From Verrucomicrobiota bacterium (lineage in GTDB: Bacteria; Verrucomicrobiota; Verrucomicrobiia; Limisphaerales; JACQFS01), in NCBI GenBank assembly GCA_016199935.1, contig JACQFS010000134.1, forward strand, positions 28,519 through 92,518: a stretch of DNA of 64,000 bases, given 5' to 3'. Both the position numbers and the translations under genes were made by a program. The notes beneath the pieces were generated by a model. The model made no database searches. It saw nothing but the letters and a program-made list of their open reading frames with translations, and had not been told where the DNA came from. The first letter of the stretch is position 1, and each line of letters starts with the position of its first letter. Below, in pieces: positions 37,025 through 43,650 of this stretch.

Positions 37025-38878
37025 TCATTGCCGGATGGGTTTCAGTTTCAAGCAAACGGCGCCACCAGGCGGCGCGGTGACAGCCATCTTGCGCGCGGCA
37101 TCCAGTTGGCCCCGGGATTTTGGCGCGAGGACGTCGTTGACATCGAAAGTTTTTCCACCGGCCACCGTCAGCCGCGCGCTGGCCGACTTGGCGAGGTCTT
37201 CGTTGATGAGCAGCGCGAAGACGGTGCCGTCAGGCTTCGTGCGCAGGCGCAAGTGGAGGCGCTTGTTTTCGCCGGTGAAACGGATGCCCGTGGCCGCGGC
37301 TTCATTGGCCGTGAGGATTTTTGCTTCAGTGATGAACTCCGCCATGCGTTGGGAGTCGGCGGCGATTTCCTTCACCGCGTCGAAGCGGTCATCGGGCAGC
37401 GGCTTGAAATCCCACGAGAGCAGGCCGCGCATCGAGAAGTGCGTGTGCAGATAGCCGACCTCGACGAAGAACCCATGGACGCCGCCGGCGAGCGCCCACC
37501 AGAATTGATTCCGCACCTGCGCCGCGCTCGGCACGGTCGCGCCGAGGAAGGGCGAGTGCGCCTGCAACAGCACCTCGGTCTTTTCCTCGAACGGACGCAA
37601 CTCCAAAATCTTTTGCTCCCAGCGCGGCAGGTAAGGCTTCTCGCTCCAGCCGCCGATGGGCGCGTAGTCGGTGCTGATGATGTCGAGGCCCCAAGATTTC
37701 AAATCGCGCATGAGCTTCTGCTTGTCGGCTGGAATGGCGACGCTGTTGTGGCCCCACACGACCTCGATGCTCGTGGGCTTGTCGGTGAGCGAGTTGATCC
37801 AGCGCACCTGCGATTCGAGGTCGCGGTATTGCTCCGGCGAATCCTTCGTGCCGAGCTGATTGTAGAGATGGAATGCGAGCAGACCGGGATGATCCTTCGT
37901 CGCGAGGATCAAGGCCTTGTGATTCGCCGTGAGCGGCGCGGATTGGTGCGCGGCCTCCTCGTTGCCGACGTAGAGGCACGTGTAAATGCCCTCCTGCCAC
38001 GCAATGTCGAGCGCCTTGCGGAAAACCTCGGGCGCGTCCGGCAAATCCACCCAGCCGCCGCTCTGCACGACAATGCAATTCATCCCCGTCGCCGCGAGCG
38101 CGCGCACGAGCCGCTGATACGAAGCGAGCGTCGGCATCGGCGAACCCCACACGCGCACGCCGAACGGCACGAGCGGACGCGGCGGCGGCGGATTCGGAAA
38201 CGCGGTGCGCTCGAATTCCTGCTCCGGCGGCGACGCTTTCGCCTCGAACGGCAGCCAAAAACAGCCGCCTGGAATTTTCGCGGGCCAGTTCGCGAGCGTG
38301 TTCACACCGTCCTTGTTCGGATGAATCGCGTGGCACAACACCGCGCCCGCCGAATACGCGCCCTTCATGTCCGCACCGAGCGCGAGGATCACGCGCCTGT
38401 CCTTTCGCACCGGATGCGCCGCCGCCGCGATACGATAGCCGCTGGGCCGGATGCCATTGAGAAACGTGGCCGCGCCGTCGCCGAGCACGCGCTGCGCGAA
38501 GGCGTTGTTCTTCACCGTGCCGAGCACCAGCAGGTGATGCCGCAAATCCTCTTCGCCCACTTTCGCCGCCATCGTCACGCGCGCCTTCTTCACCTTGTCC
38601 ACGATGAAGCGCTTCGCCCAATCGAGCGCCTTCGCATCGTAATCGTCGCCAAGCCCATCCGGCATGATGATCGTCAGGTCCGAGCCGTCCTTATGAAAAT
38701 CAATCGCCGCCTCACCCTGCATCAACTCCGGCACCTGCGGCGTGATCGAGTCGGGAAACGCAATCGGCGCCGCGCGCCACAAAATCCAATCCGCGGGATC
38801 GGCTTTGCTGCCGCCGGAAGATTGGCCGCAAGAGAACGCAAGGATCGCAAAGAGGATGAAGAGGCGGACGCGGTTCAT
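37025..38878 (-). CDS. Secreted hypothetical protein, possible TIM-barrel glycosidase with a GH20b/GH67N-like N-domain (weak)
   Basis: ATG 38878 gives MNRVRLFILFAILAFSCG (lipobox-like). SGYRIAAAAHPVRKDRRVILALGADMKGAYSAGAVL resembles N-domains of some glycosidases. The functional call is tentative. Confidence 0.5.
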   Translation of the reverse strand: MNRVRLFILFAILAFSCGQSSGGSKADPADWILWRAAPIAFPDSITPQVPELMQGEAAIDFHKDGSDLTIIMPDGLGDDYDAKALDWAKRFIVDKVKKARVTMAAKVGEEDLRHHLLVLGTVKNNAFAQRVLGDGAATFLNGIRPSGYRIAAAAHPVRKDRRVILALGADMKGAYSAGAVLCHAIHPNKDGVNTLANWPAKIPGGCFWLPFEAKASPPEQEFERTAFPNPPPPRPLVPFGVRVWGSPMPTLASYQRLVRALAATGMNCIVVQSGGWVDLPDAPEVFRKALDIAWQEGIYTCLYVGNEEAAHQSAPLTANHKALILATKDHPGLLAFHLYNQLGTKDSPEQYRDLESQVRWINSLTDKPTSIEVVWGHNSVAIPADKQKLMRDLKSWGLDIISTDYAPIGGWSEKPYLPRWEQKILELRPFEEKTEVLLQAHSPFLGATVPSAAQVRNQFWWALAGGVHGFFVEVGYLHTHFSMRGLLSWDFKPLPDDRFDAVKEIAADSQRMAEFITEAKILTANEAAATGIRFTGENKRLHLRLRTKPDGTVFALLINEDLAKSASARLTVAGGKTFDVNDVLAPKSRGQLDAARKMAVTAPPGGAVCLKLKPIRQ

Positions 38879-38898
38879 GTGGTGCAGTCGGGCCGCGA

Positions 38899-39933
38899 TC
38901 ACGGTTGCTTCTTCGGCAGAGCTTCAGCCAGGGCCGTGGTCGCCCAACTGGCGGCGGTGATGGAGATGAACTGGTCCTCGGCGTGCGGGTAGCCGGACTC
39001 GTAGTAAGTCTGAATCGGCGTGCTGCGCGTCTCGACGTGCCAGGAGCCGTCGGGGAGTTGGGCCTTAAGCAACCAATTCAGTCCGCGTTGGTATGCTGTG
39101 TCGGTCGTGGCGATTCCGCCAGCCTGATGCAACGCGGTGAGCGCGGTGCCGGTGGCGTAGGCATCGCTTTCCATGTTGTCGAGTTGCGCCCACCCGCCGT
39201 CGCTGCGCTGCGTTTTCAACAAGTCCTGCGAAGCGCCGCGAATATCGGCATCCGCAGCGGCCGCCACTCGCAGCAGCCGCAGACGGAACACGCGGTCTTC
39301 GGTGGACTTCACCCGCGCTTTGAGCGCCCAATCGCGAACCTGCGCGAACCGCCGGTCCATGCGCCCGCGCTGCTCCGGCGTGCTGAAAGTTTTCAGCCCG
39401 CGCAACGCCACGTAGCTGACCGTGAACAAACTCTCCTCGCTCGGCGGACGGACGGACTGCGGCTTCCAGTGATCGAGGTCCTTCTGATTCAGGAGGAGGA
39501 ATTCCGCCACAGCCGCGGTCGTCGTGTCAGATTTCCAGCCGCCGCTCTCCAATGTCCACAGCGCGTAACCGGCGGTGAGCGCCTTGCCGCCCTGGCCATT
39601 GCCCGCGAGATAATTCGTCCGGTTCTTCGCGAGGAAGTCGGCGGTGAACTTCACCTGCTGCCGCAGATTCTCCTCATCAATCGCGAACCCGCGCCCGCGC
39701 GCCGCAGTCAGGGCCATGACGGGCAGCGCTTGATTGTGGCAGGTGAAGCACTGCTTGCGCTTCTCCATCGAACCCTTCGCCGCAATTTCCAAAAGCGGCA
39801 GCGACTTCGCCACGGCGGCGCGGATGGTCTCGGCGCTCGGCGCGCTGCTTTCCGCGCCGAATGCGAATGGTGCGAACGCAGAGACCAGGAGGCTGACGGA
39901 ACAAACGACGATGAGTTGGTGGTTACTTTGCAT
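38899..39933 (-). CDS. Prenyltransferase / squalene-cyclase-repeat (alpha-alpha toroid) protein with an N-terminal CxxCH motif
   Basis: Signal peptide. CFTCHNQ. QW-like repeats TQRSDGGWAQL and AQLPDGSWHV. Confidence 0.7.
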   Translation of the reverse strand: MQSNHQLIVVCSVSLLVSAFAPFAFGAESSAPSAETIRAAVAKSLPLLEIAAKGSMEKRKQCFTCHNQALPVMALTAARGRGFAIDEENLRQQVKFTADFLAKNRTNYLAGNGQGGKALTAGYALWTLESGGWKSDTTTAAVAEFLLLNQKDLDHWKPQSVRPPSEESLFTVSYVALRGLKTFSTPEQRGRMDRRFAQVRDWALKARVKSTEDRVFRLRLLRVAAAADADIRGASQDLLKTQRSDGGWAQLDNMESDAYATGTALTALHQAGGIATTDTAYQRGLNWLLKAQLPDGSWHVETRSTPIQTYYESGYPHAEDQFISITAASWATTALAEALPKKQP

Positions 39934-41233
39934 GACTGTCCTTCTCCGCCAGCGAGGCGCAGATCAATTCTTCCCCGTTTCGCGCGAAGACATGCTGATT
40001 GGCAAAGGCGGGAAGGGGCCAGACAAGATTGCGCCCCGCGAAAGGAGAGGTGGGCTCGATGAGACGGACGCGGCTGATCTCTTTGTATCCGTCCGCGTTC
40101 AGCCGGGCGCGAATCAAATTTCCCTCGTTGGTGAAGATGAGGACGGAATCTCCGTTGGGGAAAAGCTGCTGCGTCGCGCCGTTCTTCTTGTCGGTTACTT
40201 CCTCATTCTGCCAGACAAGTTTTCCGGTCCGCGCATCGAGACAGACGAGGTGGCCGTAAGATTTGTCGGAGAAGACGCGGCCGTCGCGGATGAGCGGGAT
40301 GGAAGTCTGGCTCAGGATTCTGCGCGTGAAGCTCGTGTTGGCCTCCGGCCAGAGCACGGTGGCGTCGGGCTTGTCCGCGCCGAGGCGGAACATGACAAAG
40401 CCGGCGAGCAGGAGGCCATCGTGAAAGACGGGGCTGGCCGCGGTGTAATCGCCCTGCGAATCGCGCTTCTCGCGCCACCAAATCTTTCCCGTGGCAGGGT
40501 CGAGCGAGGTGATCGCCGCGGGTGTCCACACGATGAGCTGCCTTTTCCCGCCGGCACTGATGACGATGGGCGAGCTGTAAGTCCACTTGTCGCCGAGCGC
40601 GCGCCAAACTTCCTTTCCGGAGTCCTTGTCGAGGGCGATCACGCAGGCGTCCGGCTTTCCACCGCCGACGAGAATCAGCAGGCGGTCTTCGATCAATGGC
40701 GAAGGCGTGCTGCCGGAGAACTCCGCCAGCCCGTAGTCCTTCATCAAATCTCTTTCCCAGAGCACCGCGCCATCACGAACGTCGAGACACACGAGGTGCG
40801 CATTCTTTCCAAGGGCAAAGACTTTGCCGCCAGCGACAATGGGAGTGGCATCCGGGCCCGCCGGATTCTTGGGATCAAAGGCCCAGTCCGGGTAATCCAC
40901 TTCGTCTGAATGACTCCACAGCGTCTTGCCTGATTTCTCGTCGAAGCAATGCACGCGCTCCCTGGCTTTCGGCTTCTTGATCTCGGAGTCGCAAAGAAAG
41001 ACGCGGCCACCGCTCACGATCGGAGAGGACAAGCCGGCACCGACGGGAACGCGCCAGCGAATCTTCAAGCCACCGGCTGGGAAAGTTTTCAGCAGGCCGG
41101 TTTCGTTCCAGACCCCGTCGCGGTTCGGCCCGCGGAACTGCGGCCAATCCTCCGCCTGCGCTGCACACGCCGCGAGCAGCGGCACAACTTGAGCGGCGCG
41201 AAGGAACGCCAGCGGCACAAAGGTGAATTTCAT
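39923..41233 (-). CDS. PQQ/BamB-like beta-propeller protein (secreted)
   Basis: Signal peptide, then EDWPQFRGPNRDGVW and repeated blades (GRVFLCD, GKTLWSH, GAVLWER, GKEVWRA, GKIWWRE, GKLVWQN). Paralog of 35525..37009. Confidence 0.8.
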   Translation of the reverse strand: MKFTFVPLAFLRAAQVVPLLAACAAQAEDWPQFRGPNRDGVWNETGLLKTFPAGGLKIRWRVPVGAGLSSPIVSGGRVFLCDSEIKKPKARERVHCFDEKSGKTLWSHSDEVDYPDWAFDPKNPAGPDATPIVAGGKVFALGKNAHLVCLDVRDGAVLWERDLMKDYGLAEFSGSTPSPLIEDRLLILVGGGKPDACVIALDKDSGKEVWRALGDKWTYSSPIVISAGGKRQLIVWTPAAITSLDPATGKIWWREKRDSQGDYTAASPVFHDGLLLAGFVMFRLGADKPDATVLWPEANTSFTRRILSQTSIPLIRDGRVFSDKSYGHLVCLDARTGKLVWQNEEVTDKKNGATQQLFPNGDSVLIFTNEGNLIRARLNADGYKEISRVRLIEPTSPFAGRNLVWPLPAFANQHVFARNGEELICASLAEKDSHAK

Positions 41234-42345
41234 CGCAGCCTTTTTCGCTTGGTCACGGGACTGCGCGTCTCCTCTTTCGCCAGCCGCGCCCGCGCGAGAC
41301 GGACGGCCTCATGCAGCTTGCGCTCCAGCACCCGCTTCGGCAGCACCTTCGTCCAGAACGTGGCGACGTGGATGCCGCTCCGTTCCAGTTCCAGCAACTC
41401 GACGTGCTCCTCGTTCCGGCCCGCGCACAGGATCATGCCCAGCGGCTCGTCTTCACCCGGCTCGCACGCATGACGCTTGAGCCAGTTCAGGTAAAGTTCC
41501 ATCTGTCCTTTGTCCGCCGCCTCGAACTCGCCGAGCTTCAAATCAATCGCCACCAGCCGCCGCAGCTTGCGATGGTAGAACAACAAATCGAGGTGGTAAT
41601 CCTTCGTGCCGATTTGCATCCGCTTCTGCCGCGCCACGAAACAAAAGCCCGCGCCCAACTCCAGGATGAACGCCTCGATCTCGCGCAGAATCGCCGCCTC
41701 CACGTCCTTCTCCGCGTAGATGTCCTTGAGACCGAGAAAATCCAGCACGTAAGGGTCGCGGAACACGAGGTCGGGCGTGAGCTTGTCCTCGTCGCGAAGT
41801 TGCCTCAACTCTATCGCCGCGAGCTTGGCCGGCTTGCGCGACAGCGCCGTGCGCTCGAACAGCATCGAGCCGACTTTCTTCTGCAACGTGCGCGTGTTCC
41901 ATCTCTCGATGCGGCACATCTCGGCGTAGAAGTCGCGCTGGAGCGGGTCGTCGAGGTAGATGATCTGGCGAAAGTGCGTCCACCCCAATTGTGCACTCAG
42001 TGCGTGCACAATCTTCCGGTCGGAAAACACCTCGGCAAAGCGGAGCATGTTGAACAGGTTTCGCGTGGTGAACCCCGGTCCGAATTCCTCCGCCAATTGT
42101 GCACTCAATGCGGACACAATCTGCTCCCCATACTCCGCGCGCTTCTCCTTGAGGATGTCCCGACGGATGCGATGACCGATTTCCCAATAGAGCAGGGTCA
42201 GCCCGACGTTGACGGTGCGCGCCACACCCTCGCGCGTGGCGAGGATGAGCGCACGCACGTCCGCCAGCAGCGGCGCGACGCGGGGCGTGGGTTTCGCGGG
42301 AGCTTTGGTGAGCGCGAGTTTTTTCGCCTTCATTCTGCGTCGCAT
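41230..42345 (-). CDS. yhcG: YhcG-family (DUF1016) PDDEXK nuclease-domain protein
   Basis: Duplicated N-terminal helices (IVSALSAQLAEEFG / IVHALSAQLGWTHF). C-terminal PDDEXK-type core RDPYVLDFLGL...GAGFCFVARQKRMQIG...YHLDLLFYHRKLRRLVAIDLKLGEF. The stop overlaps the next start as ATGA. Confidence 0.85.
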   Translation of the reverse strand: MRRRMKAKKLALTKAPAKPTPRVAPLLADVRALILATREGVARTVNVGLTLLYWEIGHRIRRDILKEKRAEYGEQIVSALSAQLAEEFGPGFTTRNLFNMLRFAEVFSDRKIVHALSAQLGWTHFRQIIYLDDPLQRDFYAEMCRIERWNTRTLQKKVGSMLFERTALSRKPAKLAAIELRQLRDEDKLTPDLVFRDPYVLDFLGLKDIYAEKDVEAAILREIEAFILELGAGFCFVARQKRMQIGTKDYHLDLLFYHRKLRRLVAIDLKLGEFEAADKGQMELYLNWLKRHACEPGEDEPLGMILCAGRNEEHVELLELERSGIHVATFWTKVLPKRVLERKLHEAVRLARARLAKEETRSPVTKRKRLR

Positions 42346-42354
42346 CGGTAAAGC

Positions 42355-43650
42355 CTACGCAGCTTGTGCCGCTTCGGTTCTCACCAATCGTTCGTGCCAA
42401 GTAATGTAGTCTGTATCAAATGCCAACTGGGCTGCCTTTTCCGCCAGTTGCTTCGCTTCCGCAAACTCCTCAGGTTTGTTCTCCAACCTCCACAGGTGCC
42501 AAACCGCCTTTGAAGCCTCATAGCACGCGCGGGCGGAGTAAACAGGATCACGATGCGCCATTGCTTGTTTTAGCAATTGAATCGCTTCACGAATGCGGCA
42601 AGCCCTTTCGTCCAAATTGCTCTCATGCTCTGCAGCACGCCATAGAGCCGCACCGTGCTTCGATCTTGCGACATCGTTGTAGAATCGGATGTCCTTTGAA
42701 GACGCAAGCTCTCCGAATAGGCGAGCAGATTCCGTGTAATCGCGACCGCGAAAAGCATCCTCGGCCTTTGTGCGGAGCGCTTCCGGCTTGAGTTTTTCTG
42801 GTTCTGACTGCTCTTCTGGCTGCGCCAGCGTAACTGGAGGGGATGCGGCCGGCTTCTCGGGCGCAGCAACCTCTGCTTGTTCCTTCTTTGGAATCCACGG
42901 CGTAAGTGTTCCGGCAGGCACGGAAAGCTCAACGACCGGTTCGACCTCCGCCGCAAAACGGTGAAACTCGCCAATTAGTTCAGCTTCGGGATCGCTACGA
43001 AGTTCTGGCACACGAAATAGCAAGGCGACCTTGAGTTCACCATCTAGCCGAACGAACGGGTTTGCAGACCACTTGAGTTCTGAAGCTGAATCACTGACTG
43101 GGTCCACCCACACAAATCTTGTGTCACGGTTGGAACTGTCTTGCGATGGCCCGAACTCGCAGGCACCTGTAACCCAGTAGCGGCCAGCTTCTAGTTTTCC
43201 CTTTAATGGCGAATGCCACTCCGTGGCTCGCACATCTTCGCGAGGGTTCTTTTTGAAGCTCTCTGCGTGTGGCGTAAGCAAATCCAAAAGTTCCGCACGC
43301 AAACCGGTGTGCAGATCTTCGATCACCTTCTCCGGCAGCGGAACGTGAGCAATTTTATTCCGCAGGGCGTTAATGGCATTGAACCGTTGGACTCGCGTCA
43401 ATTTCTGACCGTATGCCGACGGGACATTTCCGATTCGCTGCCAAGCCTGGAGAAAGGCCACTGGTTCAGAACTCTGGAATGTCAGGAAATCCTTGAGCGC
43501 TTTGCAAAAGGCGCAGTTCTCCGGAGCTTCGGTTGTTCCAAAGCGGTTCAAGAGGTCAATCCAAGCGCCAATGCTACCACCCATGCATCCGGAGCCAATC
43601 GAGTCGCCTGATTCGGCCTCATCGAGGACACCTTCACGCAAGCCCGTCAC
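42355..43650 (-). CDS. Hypothetical three-part protein: N-terminal HEPN-like helical domain (Rx4H), central beta-rich domain, Pro/Glu linker, C-terminal TPR-like helical repeats
   Basis: RFNAINALRNKIAHVPLP contains the R-N-x-x-x-H (Rx4-6H) signature at the expected position of a ~140-aa helical domain. Visibly lower GC than its neighbours (28/60 and 33/60 in lines 42361 and 42421). GTG 43650 has GAGG 4 nt upstream; alternative ATG at 43584. Confidence 0.5.
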   Translation of the reverse strand: MTGLREGVLDEAESGDSIGSGCMGGSIGAWIDLLNRFGTTEAPENCAFCKALKDFLTFQSSEPVAFLQAWQRIGNVPSAYGQKLTRVQRFNAINALRNKIAHVPLPEKVIEDLHTGLRAELLDLLTPHAESFKKNPREDVRATEWHSPLKGKLEAGRYWVTGACEFGPSQDSSNRDTRFVWVDPVSDSASELKWSANPFVRLDGELKVALLFRVPELRSDPEAELIGEFHRFAAEVEPVVELSVPAGTLTPWIPKKEQAEVAAPEKPAASPPVTLAQPEEQSEPEKLKPEALRTKAEDAFRGRDYTESARLFGELASSKDIRFYNDVARSKHGAALWRAAEHESNLDERACRIREAIQLLKQAMAHRDPVYSARACYEASKAVWHLWRLENKPEEFAEAKQLAEKAAQLAFDTDYITWHERLVRTEAAQAA

